Positions 14,078-26,722 of a DNA stretch of 64,000 nt are shown here, in pieces. Under the pieces are notes generated by a model. It was not told the DNA's origin, ran no database searches, and saw nothing but the letters and a program-made list of their open reading frames with translations. Origin of the DNA: Lytechinus pictus (Eukaryota); contig NC_087250.1 in assembly GCF_037042905.1 (NCBI RefSeq), forward strand, positions 28,212,001 to 28,276,000, given 5' to 3'. Each line of letters opens with the position of its first letter. Positions within the stretch are counted from its first letter, which is position 1. Made by a program: the position numbers and the translations under genes.

Positions 14078-14280
14078 CTAGTAAGGCGAAACTGCATTAG
14101 CGCCAGATTGGGGACAACAACCTAACTAAATAGTAAATATTTATGACACCTCCAAACCTTCAACCTGTCAACTTCTTTCTTAATGATAGACGGTAGTGGC
14201 ATCACATGGAAAGCCAAGAGAGCACCGATGGGTGTATTACGTGCCGCTGTGTACAATGTCAACAGTTGCATGGCAATCCC

Positions 14281-14954
14281 TACCTCGAGCAAAGTTTGTG
14301 CATGCTCCACTCCACTTAACTACGGCTACACAACACTACGCTCCACCTACTCGAACTTCGAGACCATGAACTCGATCTGATATTCTGAGTGACAGAGGTG
14401 GGATTTTATGGGGGTGGGGAATATAAAATTCATGCAACATCTTGATTTTTAAAAAGAATTAAAACTAATATTCTTACTTTACACAAAGTTTCATTTAGTT
14501 CCATGCTTTTATCAGTCTCAAAATTGGTGATTTAGAGCCAACATGAAGTTCCTCACACATATTTATAATTCGCTGCCAATTTCAAAACATTGCATGCGGA
14601 TGCAATATGCGCGAGATACCGGGTCTGGTCTGACCCGACCGACCTCACGCGCATGCGATGTATTGAATATTGATACGTGTGAGAAACTTCATGTTGGCTC
14701 TAAATCATCAATTTTGAGACGGATAGAGGCATGGGGAAGAAGTGAAACTTTGTGGTCAGGAAGAATATTAGTTTTAATTTTTTTTAAAGAGCGTGATGTT
14801 GCATGAATTTTATATCCCCCCCCCCCCCCATAAAATCCCACTTTTTGTCACTCGGAATATCAGATCCAGTTCACGGTCTCAAAATTTGGGTAGGTGGAGC
14901 GTAGTGTAGCAATAGTGAAGTGGAGTGGAGCCTGCACGAACTTCACTCGAGGTA
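14281..14954. mobile_element. Foldback MITE with 9-bp TSD (Mutator-like)
   Basis: Long imperfect TIRs starting TACCTCGAG/CTCGAGGTA; perfect TSD GGCAATCCC (14272-14280, 14955-14963). Confidence 0.9.
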
Positions 14955-15355
14955 GGCAATCCCACAAATTTAAAAGAGGTTTCTATAAAATCAAGTCCGG
15001 CCTTCTATGAACATGACAAACTTACGAAAAGATGTGAAGTCAATTCACCCTAAATATCATCAATATCCCTCAAATAGCTTCATTTAAGCACTAATTTCTC
15101 TTCCGGTTGATAAAATATGGATCCGTCTTTAATTTCCAAAATTGTTCGTCTAATTAGCTAAAGGACGCATGTTTTATCTACATATTAAAGACACTACATA
15201 GAAAAGATCAGGCACAAAGACTATTATACATGTAAATCGATGCAAAGCATTACGCGATGTCGGCAAAGTGTCCAATCTTCTTATTGTAAAGACTTTAGCG
15301 ACAATAACAGACTGTGAGTAAGGTTAGAATGCTCCTCTACTTTTAATGTTTTCAT

Positions 15356-16406
15356 TAGTGCTGTTGTCGGGAACAAAAATCCATGTCTACATGTCGCTTA
15401 AAAATTGATCCCGACATCGACAATGTCGACATGAAAAAGGGACCGTAATATAGCCTGGGCTCCCTAACATAAAAAAAAGCATTCGATCGTGGAACAACAC
15501 TCTCAATCAAATATATTCACCTTGACACGAGTGATATCCCCACACTAGATCTATATAATACAGGCTCAGTTCGGGAAAACATATTTTTTACCAAGCTGGA
15601 GTGAATTCACTTCCAAAATCACTGATTTAATCCACATTTTTTTTCTGGAGAATCAAGTTTTTGTACCACGATCCGGTCTCGAAAGCATTGCGCAATAACA
15701 CTCGTAGCCAATTTGAGAATCACCAATTACAACAGTGATCATTGCGTAGTATATGCTGGTACCATGTGCTGCAAACGCAAGCTCCTCAATTTGACAATGA
15801 AAAATAATGAAAATCGACCGATAATTTCAGTATCACTTCCGAGGCGATCCGTGCAACGATCTCCAAACGAATGAAGGGAAGTTTTCTGTGACTTTGTGAT
15901 ATGAAGTAAGCGCTCAATTGCGGCGGTCACAACTTTGACAAAAACACGTGTTCGCTGCTGCTCACGTTTATGTGAAAAGTACATGTAATGCATTGAGGAG
16001 CAACGTATTATCAAGCACGGTGAATAGCGCGCGATGGGTAGATATTTCTGTGGATGGGTACGGTGAATGCTACTCTCGCTACGCTCGCTATAGCGGGATA
16101 TCGAGGGCGGCTCGATCAGGCAGGCCAGCCTGCACTGACGTATTTCTACTGCCGCACAGCTCGCAGGTATTCTTTTTTCATTTAATGCGCTGCTAAGCTG
16201 AATAAACCTTTTAATCGTGCCAATTACTGTGGATAAATGCTTCTAACTTTTCAGCTAATCTTTACACTCTTGACTGTAGGCTAGACCCCTTTTTATTTTA
16301 TGTTTACATGTCGATGTGGGTGCGTGCATGTCGACATGTCGGAATTTTGAAAATCCTTCGTATGTCGACATCAATGTCGATATGAAGCCTATCGACAACA
16401 GCACTA
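15356..16406. mobile_element. hAT-like MITE
   Basis: TIR TAGTGCTGTTGTCG/CGACAACAGCACTA; perfect 8-bp TSD GTTTTCAT; subterminal GTCGAC repeats. Confidence 0.9.
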
Positions 16407-16569
16407 GTTTTCATTGATTTTATGTTGAATATTATTAAAGAATATGACTCTTTGCACCTGAATTGTAACACTGAAATATGGAAATGAAGAAGTTTTATCA
16501 TCATATATTTTTATTAATCTGCAAATAAAATTTTACTATGTCACTCAAATTCATTTCATTTCATTAAAG

Positions 16570-17140
16570 ATTCAAAGAGGGATCTCTGGATGATCGAGCA
16601 GCAAGTCCAGCATTATGTGGGAAAGATACTACAGGTGTACACAGAAAAGGCCATGTTCATGTACAAGACACGGTTGGAGTTCATAAAAGGTGATTATGTA
16701 GGCATTCACTTCAGTAGATATTATAATTGCAAAATTAAGCAGATTGTATTCATGCAGTGGCATACAGTGTAATCCTTGTTAGAAGATGTAGATTTATTCT
16801 TCATTTTTTTTATTAAAGAGTTTCAATATGTGCTTATGACAATTTGTTTGCATTATAAATTGTTTGTCACTCTTCGGTTTAGTTTGCTTTATAAGCAAGA
16901 ATATGCTAAGAGAGATAGCCGCAAGGACCTCATGATCCGATAGGTATGTACTTGTGAAAAGAGATCTAGATGGTGGCAAAACACCTTATTTCTTGTATTT
17001 TTATGTTGTTCATGTTATCGTAATGGTACGTGTGTTTTTTTTCTACAGATTAAGCTGCCTCGTGCTATACAGACGTGGATAAAAACAAGCTGTCCAATGA
17101 ATGGTGACTACTCAAGAGGAGCCAGAAAGTCAACTAAGGC
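16570..17140 (+). pseudogene. Two putative internal exons (16570-16689 and 17049-~17140) of a gene remnant inside the CACTA-type element
   Basis: Higher-complexity segments follow acceptors ..TTCATTAAAG| and TTTTTTTTCTACAG|. Donors are weak (GTGTAC or GTGATT). No clean long spliced ORF. Confidence 0.3.
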
Positions 17141-17849
17141 CAGGGTATTTTGGGAGTTGATATGGCCGGGGGAGGGGGGGGGGGTTTCCAGGGCCCCCCT
17201 CCCTTGAGATCTCGACCGCACAATCGCGTCTAACATTGGCACATGGGTTGTCTAGGGCATAATTTACAAAATTAAATTGTAAATTATTTCACGCAAATTG
17301 TTATTAAGTGATAATACTAATTTATGCGTAATTAGAATACAAAATCATACTTTTTCCTCTATTGCATTGACTTTGTACACAAAATCACGTTTTTGAGCAA
17401 TTTTTGGTATGACATGTACTTACATAATGTCACGTTATTACAGAACCACGTACCGGGTGACACAAGATTGGTCTCAAAAGATGCACAAGACTAGAAAGAG
17501 GCATGTTTTAAAAAAATTGTGCGACAGCATGGTCGCAAAATTTTTGGAAGGGGAGGGGGTCAAATTGGTCCAATTTAACTAAGGGTTAATAACTGGGAGG
17601 CTGTTAGCTGCCTTTTTACTTTCAAGTCTTGCACATCTTTTGAGACCAAATTTGTGATGCCTGGGTACGCTGTTCCGAAATTTCGCAACATTTTTATGTA
17701 TTAATCCAACACAAATACTGTTTCTTGCTAAAAATTCACAATTAGTATACCAGTAATATACATTTATCAAGATTAAAGTCAAATTATTTAATTACATTTA
17801 TAATCATAAAAGCTTTGATAAAGTATAAAAAAAACCAAAGAGTTGTATG

Positions 17850-18808
17850 TAGGCCTGGGACTTTCGGGTTTTTTCTCTTCGGGTACCCGTGGTAATTTTC
17901 GGGCGGGTACCCGAAAATCATGTCACTTGAAATATGACTGGTGGAAAAACCCCATAGGTGACGTCATCAAGCCAATGCGATGCAAGCCAATTTATGAATG
18001 AAAATATAGTAAGCATGCGCATTGCAAGCCTCCAGTGCCCCACGCAGTATTCCATCGAAACAAGTTTCAATACTCTGTCACCTCGTACCAAAATCGACCT
18101 AGAATTCCACTTTCCTATATTTCATATGAATTATAAAAGGTTTTCTCACCGATACTGCACAGGTAAGCAAATTTTTATTACTTCTTGCTTTTCCGTCAAA
18201 ATCTTACGAAGTAGCGTCGATATTACATCGTGTTCGTGAGTTTGTATCGCTACGTGAACAAAGTCAATTGATTTCCGGGTTTCGGAGCGTCAAATGCGCC
18301 AGCCAATCACGATCGTGTTCCCATTTTCGGTTTATGATGAACTAAAAATGGTAACAAGAACGTGATTGGCTGGCGCTTCGTAGGTCGATTTTGGTATGAG
18401 GTGACAGAGTATTGCAGACTTGTTTTGACGGAATACTGCGTGGGGCTGAGGCTTGCAATGCGCATGCTTACTATATTTTCATTCATAAATTGGTTTGCGT
18501 CGCAGTGGCTGGATGACGTCACTGCGCTGCAAAAGAAACATGGCGATGATTGAACGATCTCGGTCACATCATCATCACTTGAAAACTTGTATATTTATGG
18601 ATATTTAGAGGGTAATTGGTGAAATTCAAAATGAGGCTTGTGTACTTTTGTGATGAGTTACAATCATGTCTTACACTACGCAATACAAATCAAATACATG
18701 TACATTATACTGGTGAGCAATTTTCGGGAATCGGGTATTGATTTTTCTACCCGGGTACCCGAGGCTTCCGGGCGGGACCCGGGTACCCGGGTTTTAGTCC
18801 CAGCCCTA
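17850..18808. mobile_element. hAT (Ac-like) MITE with an internal foldback
   Basis: TIR TAGG(C/G)CTGGGACT/AGTCCCAGCCCTA; perfect 8-bp TSD GTTGTATG; GGGTACCCG subterminal repeats; internal inverted pair ~17958-18100 and ~18384-18520. Confidence 0.9.
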
Positions 18809-19254
18809 GTTGTATGAAAATTTTCAAAAATAATGAAAGGTAAAAGAAAACAGAATTACAATGTCCATTGCAAGGGGGCTAGTCTATTCAGGATAATTGG
18901 GATTTTATTCAGTTTTTAATTGACATAACATTATGACAAGATCCCTCCATTTAGTGTATAAACAGCACATGGCCATGATTGAAATTCATATAACATTAAA
19001 GTATGCAAACCAGGCAGCTACATGTACATGTAGGACTCACTGCTTGTCAATTCTATTGTCTGCCAGGGTCAAGTGACATACAGTGCACATGTATAACGTG
19101 TGTGAAAGTACATAAGAAAATCAGCTTTTTATTTTTGTATTGTAACATTGGGTGAACTGGTGATCACTTTGGATATGATGCTCTTCATATTGGTTTATTT
19201 TATGTATATGAATTTTTGGATAATCATTAAGAATTAAAGCTATTTACTTAATAT

Positions 19255-19726
19255 ATGGAAGCATAAGCCCATCAAAAAAACAGAATTGTGTCATGTACAG
19301 CTAATTCATTTTGCGTGATATTACAATTGTAATTGTTTACTTGAGCAAGTAATTTGAATTGCTGCATGACCTAAACAATGACATGTTCCAATTCGAATAG
19401 TAACATGACCTAAAGAAGAGTTACTCCACGTCGATTGAGAGTGCTTATGTTAAATAATTGATGTTGCTACTTCAAATAATTGAGGTCAATCAAATTGGTC
19501 ATAATTATTCAAGTCAATTTTGAGCTATATGTCATAATTAATTAGGTCATATGCTAATTGAAATTACTAAATGACTCGAGTAGGTATGAATTCACGTTGC
19601 CACATGACCTTAATTATTTTATGTAGCAACATCAAGTATTGAACGTCATTTAGTTATCAATTATGACATGTAGCAAATCAAATTACATGCCGCAATTTCG
19701 TGTTTATGATGGGCTCATGCTTACAT
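19255..19726. mobile_element. MITE
   Basis: TIR AAGCATAAGCCCATCA/TGATGGGCTCATGCTT. Confidence 0.7.
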
Positions 19727-20211
19727 TCATATATAACCCTTCAATACGTAGTTGGAGCAATTCTTAGACAAGAAGACTGTGTAAAACAATGATATGCCTA
19801 TTCAATGTCAAAAAGGTTAATGTCTCAATAGATTTGATCTACGTTTTGGCAAAGTAATCTTATGTTCATATTTTTTCTAACCTATGGTGAACATTCTAAA
19901 TCATGTGAAATTCATTCAAAAATATCTTTCAGTATTTATGGACTTAAGTGAATTCTGAGCAAAATGAAGTGATTATGATTACGTTCATGTACTTTAAGTT
20001 TATACTGGTGATCAACACATCATAATTTCATCCCTTACTGTATGTGCACCATGCATTATCTGTACATGCAGAAGTGGTTATCCATTGTTTCATAACATGG
20101 TTGAGTAAAGGATGTTCTGCTTTTAGAATTAAGCCAATCGGGTGTTGACAAGAAGGGGAAAATGCAATTGCTCAGCTATTACAGGTTTTTTTTGCAACCA
20201 TAATACTGGTT

Positions 20212-20386
20212 AAGCCTTGGTTACATTCACCGGCTCGTGGCCTTACGTCGAGTCAAAATTAGCAGTTTTAATCATCCTTGTACCAGCTACTACCAGCTAC
20301 ACGTGGGTGGTTTGTACAGGAATACCTAAAACTGCTGATTTTGTCTCGCCGTAAGGCAACCGGTCAAGGAATGTGACCAAGGTATT
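20212..20386. mobile_element. Short palindromic MITE (related copies at 50270-50404, ~58698, ~63982)
   Basis: Ends CCTTGGTTACATTC/GAATGTGACCAAGG with inner CCTTACG/CGTAAGG. Confidence 0.65.
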
Positions 20387-21895
20387 AATAATAATCGCTT
20401 AATGTGTGTTAGAGGGAAGGATTCTGGGTCGAATCTAGCTTTCTTTATGTGATCTCAAAATGGCAGCAATGTATGAATAGTGAAAGTAGTTTATGTGGCA
20501 TCTCAATATTGGTGGATATAAATCTTTGTACATGTATTATCCTAAAGATGAAATGTTACTGCATTATTCTAGCAGTCATTTATGATATCAAAGATGTTCT
20601 ATACTGTGCATAGTACAACTCATACATAATAAAGGTATGTGAATATGCTTTTAACGTCTTTGCAAATTTGTGGGTTTTTTCACCCCTCTTTTCATTAGTC
20701 AAGATGACAAAGTTGTTGTGCTGGATCAAAGGAAATTCTTACAAACTACTACGCCTAGCAAACCAGTGCAGGACGGTGTCGTGAGAAAATCGCACAGACT
20801 ACTACAGGACAATACCATAGGATTGTCACAGGAAATCAACAAGAATACCCCTGCAGGATTACCACAGTAAAGTATCACAAGAAGGCTGCAGGATGAGACC
20901 AATAATGCCACAGAAGATATCAAAGAACAGTATCACAGGAATACCACAGGACAGTACTGCAGGAATTGTCCTGCGGTAAGGTCTCTTTGTATTCCTGCAG
21001 TACTGTCCTGTAGTACTGTTCTGTAGTACTTTCCTGTGATACTGGTCTGCGGAATTCCTAAAGTACTGTCCTGTCATACTGTCCTGTGATACTATTTATC
21101 ACCACAGGATAGTATCACAGGACAGTACTACAGGAATACCAGACCAGTATCACAGGACAGTACTACAGGAATACCAGACCAGTATCACAGGACAGTACTA
21201 CAGGAATACCAGACCAGTATCACAGGACAGTACTGCAGGACACAGTACCAGAAGCCTGCGGTATTCCTGCAGTACTGTCCTGTAGTACTGTTCTGTAGTA
21301 CTTTCCTGTGATACTGGTCTGCGGAATTCCTAAAGTACTGTCCTGTCATACTGTCCTGTGATACTATTTATCACCACAGGATAGTATCACAGGACAGTAC
21401 TACAGTAATACCAGACCAGTATCACAGGACAGTACTACAGGAATACCAGACCAGTATCACAGGACAGTACTACAGGACACAGTACCAGAAGCCTGCGTTA
21501 CTCCTGTAGTACTGTCCTGCGATACTGTCCTGTAGTACTTCCCTGTGATACTGGTCTGCGGAATTCCTGTAGTACTGTCCTGTCATACTGTCCTGTCATA
21601 CTATCATGTGATACTATCCTGTGATATTCCTGTGATACTGTCCTGTAGTACTAGTAGTAGTGTGGTAGTGGTTGTAGCGGTTGTAGCGGTTGTGGTGATC
21701 GTGTCCTGTCATACTTCCTGCCATACTTATGCGGTTATTACCACAGGAAGTATCACATGACACGGACCTGTTGTACTCCTGTTGTACATTTCTGTAGTAC
21801 CGTCCCAAATTACGTGCACGTAATTCCTGCTGTACTTTCCTGCGATACTTCCTGCAGTACATATCACAGAGTACTACAGGAATTTTTTGTAAGGG

Positions 21896-24800
21896 CAGGA
21901 AGCGCGGCCTGCTTCCCTCCCCATAACCTAGCTACCATTCATTTCGATCTGCATTCTGTGCCGCAACCATGATCTTACTTGTGCACCTAAATCCTCACTC
22001 CGAATGCAAAGAGACACTCCGGCCCCCAATCACACCCCTCCCAGAGATAGATAAAGAGACCAGTCACTCCAGAAGCGGAATCTACATCACAGAGAGCGCA
22101 CCATAGCTCCCACTGGAGCGAACAGCGTATATTTATTTTATATATGATTTTTTTTTTTTTCACTCCTGAAGTAACCACAATGCACCCAAAATATACAAAG
22201 CCCACCCCAAAATGACCGCCCCGATCCACTCCAAGAAGAGTGCAACAGTAGGGACCAGACCATCTCCCTCGCATTTAGAGTGTTTAACAACTGTATGCTT
22301 GAACTTTCTTAGCCCCAGCATCTCTAGAAAATAAACTTGTCCCATTTTCTGAAATGGTTTGTTAATAGACCTCTCTGTTCAGCTAGTTTTCTTTCTTCTA
22401 GTCTTTCTTCTTGTATTTTTTCCTTAATATGGTTAAGGGTCGGTGGATCTTTTGTGTTTCTACTATTCTTTAAAATCATATACTTTATTAGGATTATTAT
22501 ATGATTTAATAATTGAGCCTCTCCTTTAGTTGAACATTCCACGCCTACGTGTACACCTTTTTTATCTATATTTTTAATGATAGGGAGTTGAAGCATGTTC
22601 CCACATTCTTTCCATATAGTTTTTATCTTATCACATGAAAAAAAAAATGATCATATGTTTCTTCTTCTTTACTGCAGAATGAACATAAATTATCTGTTGC
22701 CAATTAAAATAAATATAAATGTTTTTTTGTGTATAGTATAATGTGTAATATTTTATATTGAAATTCTCTGAGTCTACTATTCAGAGTCGATTTTCGTGGT
22801 CTTAGAAAAATTTCAGAAATATCTTTTTTTGTTATATTTTATTTTTCCTCAAGCTTTTTAAATGCTTGGGGTATATCCGATTTCATACTTACAAACGTAT
22901 CATATATAATTTTTGATGTGATGTCTTGCAAGTCAAAAATCCTGCCCTTTAATTGAAAATCCAAAACTAACTCACTATCTATGGAACTTTGACCCTCTTT
23001 TTTTCAGCGAGTCCTTCCAAAAGTATGGAATATAATTAAAGATTTCGAGTATCTTTTCTATTTCAAAACGATCCAAACCCATTTTTTGAAAGGTCGAAAT
23101 AGACTTCATTTTCCCATCTTTATCTACAATATGATGGAGTTTATAAATTTTCTTCAAAAACAGCTTTTCATTATAATATGTTTGTCCTTTCAAACGGATG
23201 AACCTATTATTGAAAATGATCTCATTTCTTTTATTCTTCTCTTCTTTTTAAGTAAAAACAATTTCTTATTAAACCATACATCTAACATTTCTGTATAAAA
23301 TTCAGGGAGTTCAAATCCTATCAAATTCATTGTAAGGTTACTAAAAAAAATTAGCAATCCTCCCATACCGTGTGCTAAGTATCTAAAATATTGTTTCCAT
23401 TTAATTTTTGGCTCTCCCATTATAAGTCTTTTAATCCACATAATTCTTTGTGTCTTAATGAATAACTGAAAATCTGTCATTTTTAGACCAGCATGATCAT
23501 AATCTAAATACACAATGTCTCTTTTAATTTTATCTTTACCATCCCATAAAAATCCAAAGATCAATGTATTAAGATCCTCTATTACCCATGTCGGGATAAT
23601 GGTAAGAGAAGAAATGTATATCAATTTAGATAGTACAAATGTTTTAATTAACTGAATTTTGCCCATTAATGTCAAATCCCTTTGCTTCCACCACATCAAA
23701 AAAAAATGTATTCTACTAAGTATTTCTTTGTAATTTATTCTTATTTGACTTTCTCTATCTAATGAAAAATATATACCCAAGATCCTAACCATTTGCTCCA
23801 CTTTACCAAAAGGTAAAATTTGATCTATTTGTTCATGGTGTCCCAGTAACATAATAAAGGTTTTATCTTTATTCATCCTCAAACCTGACGTTTCGGCAAA
23901 ACATTCGAACAGCATATCTAACTTTTCAATGGACTGAGTGTCTTTTACAAAAATTGTCATATCATCTGCGTATAGAATTTGCTTAACTTCTGTATTTCCA
24001 AACTTAATTCCGTGAATTTCCGGATCAAGTATTATTCTGTTAGCCAATATTTCAATACATAAAATAAAGAGATAGGGGGATAACGGATCTCCTTGTCTTA
24101 CCCCTCTCCCTATATCAAAGTAACCTGTTGAAATACTGCCATTAAAAACACAACTTTCAGCTTTTTTATACAAAGAACTTATCCATTTACAAAATGAGGG
24201 TCCAAAACCAAAAGTTTGCAATACTTTAAATAAAAAACAATGTGAAACCGAATCAAATGCCTTTTCAAAATCAATGGCCAATAGATATGCCGATATATCA
24301 TTTTTTACTGAGTGAAAAATCATGTCATCTATAAGTCTAATAGCTTCCCCAATATTCCTTCCTTTTAAATATCCTACTTGGTCGACATTGATTATTTCAT
24401 GCAACACCTCCTTTATTCTTGTTGATAGTACCTTCGCCAAAATCTTGTAGTCTACATTTAACAGTGAGATGGGCCGATAATTTTTAATATATAATGGATC
24501 CTTTCCTTCTTTATGAATTAAAGTAATAATTGCTTGTCTTTGTGATGGCGAATGTTCTCCTCTTATAAAAGCATTATTTAAAGCATCAACTAAAACATCC
24601 CCAAACAGCGGCCAGAACACTAAATAAAATTCTACGCTAAGCCCGTCATTACCCGGTGATTTATTTAACTTCATCCCTTTTAAGGCAGCTAAACATTCAC
24701 CTTCCGTAATTTTCCCTTCACATGATTTCATCGATTCGTCTGATAATTTTGTTACATCGGAGAAAAAATCATCATCAAGGATTGTATCATCTCTCTTTGC

Positions 24801-26390
24801 ATATAACATGCTATAAAAATTCCTTATTTCATTTTTTATTTCCTTTTGATCAAAAGTTATTCTATCTCTTATTGATAATTTACGTATATTTGTTTTCTTT
24901 TTGTTGGATTCCATTAACTGAGTGAAGTACCTGGTATCCCTTTCCCCACTTTCATAAAAAGAAGCTCTCGATCTAATTTTAAGACCTTCGCTCACATAAT
25001 CATAACATGCCTTTAATTCTGTCTTTTTATTCTCTAATAAATCGATTGATTGTTTATTCATATTTGTTATTAATCTCGTTTGAATACCATCAATTTCTTT
25101 TTGTAAATCTTTGATTTTCTCTCTTCGTTTTTTAGCCTTTTCCTTTGAATATTTCCGAGAAAAATTGCTGATTTTCATTTTCAAGAAATCCCAAAAAATT
25201 ATCTTATCTTTGATTCTTCTTTAAAAGTTTCTTTCAAATTGATAATATCGTCTTTCATTTGTCGAGTAAAATCACCGTCTGTACACAGACTATTGTAAAA
25301 TTTTCAATAAGTGCCTTTAGATGTTTGAATTGACTGAGAGGGTTTATCAAAGAGTTGAAATACAACCGCCGAGTGATCTGGCGCTATAGACGGTATTATA
25401 TCACATGTTAAAACATATTCTCTAAAACTTTCTGTAATAAACCAATAATCTAACCTGCTTTGCATAAAGGGGTTAGTTTGTCTAAAAGTATACTGTCTCT
25501 TAACGCCATTAATTTCCCTCCAAATATCAACTAAATTTAAATCACACACAAAATTATCAAAGTTCTTCTGGAAAGAAGACTGAAACTGTCTTGTATTATT
25601 TATCATGTAGTCTAAGTCAATATTCCTTACTAAATTAAAATCTCCCCCTATAATAAGAGGAACACCTCGATCATGTTTTTCTTTTAAAACTATATTCAAA
25701 TTGTGTAAGACTGTGTTTCGCTCCATGTTATGACCTTGAACAGGGAAGTACACATTAACTAACACTAACTTTATATCTTGTAAAATGCATTCCATAATTA
25801 TAAACCTTCCGTTTTCGTCAGTCTTTGTGTCCAGAATCTGGATGCCTAACTTGGAGTTGATTAGTACACTGACCCCCCGACTATGACATGTACCGTTACT
25901 ATAGTATACGTTTCCATTCCACCCAGAACCCCATACTTCTTCGACTTCCCTTGTACTAAAAGTTTCTTGCAAGAAAACTACGTCTGCTTTCTTATCCTTC
26001 AACCAAGTAAAAATTATTTCTCTTTTTAACTTATCTCTTAAACCTTTCACATTCCAAGAAAGAGAACTGCAATTAACAGATAAACGATCCAAATCCATTA
26101 AGAAAAAAAAAATGAATGACAGATATTATATACCTCAAACTATTCTAGAGATGCTGAGACGAAGCTTGTTTCTAAAAGAGCCCTTTGAGTAGGGTTTTGA
26201 AAGATTATGTATACAAGAGAGATAAAAAAACGCACAGATGTAGAGACTGATGCGTGACGCGCTCCACCCCCTCCCTTCCCGTTCATTTCTTAAAGTCTTC
26301 CTCCCCCCCCCCCAAAAAAAAGCTCATAAACTAAGGCACCTGTCTGTCTTTGTATAATTTGACAAAGCATTAAATAAGAAGAAAAGTTAT
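21896..26390 (-). mobile_element. 5'-truncated L1/Tx1-clade non-LTR retrotransposon
   Basis: APE endonuclease, RT and a C-terminal Cys/His segment on the minus strand. A possible last fragment of ORF1 (VKLYKDRQVP*) lies at ~26330-26365. The 5' boundary is approximate. Confidence 0.85.
22324..26098 (-). pseudogene. LINE ORF2 (endonuclease-reverse transcriptase), disrupted
   Basis: EN motifs SWNVKGL, FLQET, GGDFN, SRLDYW, PDHSAV (25304-26098). RT motifs KSPGNDG, NYRPISLLNVDYKIL, IDFEKAFDSV, GVRQGDPLSPYLF, LYADD (23190-25184). Premature TGA at 25304 in the YW-KF motif and several frameshifts. CSFC..C segment near 22630-22690. Confidence 0.93.
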
Positions 26391-26722
26391 ATTTCTTTTC
26401 CAACGATTCATCGAATAGGTCAGGAATCAAGTATGTTTCATGCAACTTTTTCTCGACCGTGCGTCATTCATATTTTACGAAGAGGGTCTCATAAGTATGA
26501 AAAGAGAAGAAATGGATGTTTCAGTTATGAACTTTGATTTCCGAATATATAGCAGTAAAAGCCAGAAAAATCGTAAAAGTGCTCGTGCAAACGAAAATTT
26601 GGTAACACCATTTATACTGGCGTAAATCCGTGTTGATGGGTGGGGGATGACTGAAATATTTTGACATTTTTTTTCTGCAATCATGTTTTTAAATATGCAA
26701 GGAATTGTCATTGATATGTCCA

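Larger units (their letters stand above)
8459..21895. mobile_element. 13.4-kb CACTA/EnSpm (CMC)-type DNA element, no transposase visible
   Basis: TIR CCCTTACAAAAAATTCCTG(C/T)AGTACT matches 25/26. 2-bp TSD CA (8457-8458, 21896-21897). GTACT/CACAG-rich subterminal repeat arrays at 8459-9240 and ~20725-21895. Confidence 0.85.

Noticed and set aside
16860..16990. Two-hairpin segment ending in ACA-NNN, like an intronic H/ACA snoRNA
   Set aside because: No ANANNA H box between the hairpins, and no target could be assigned by eye.
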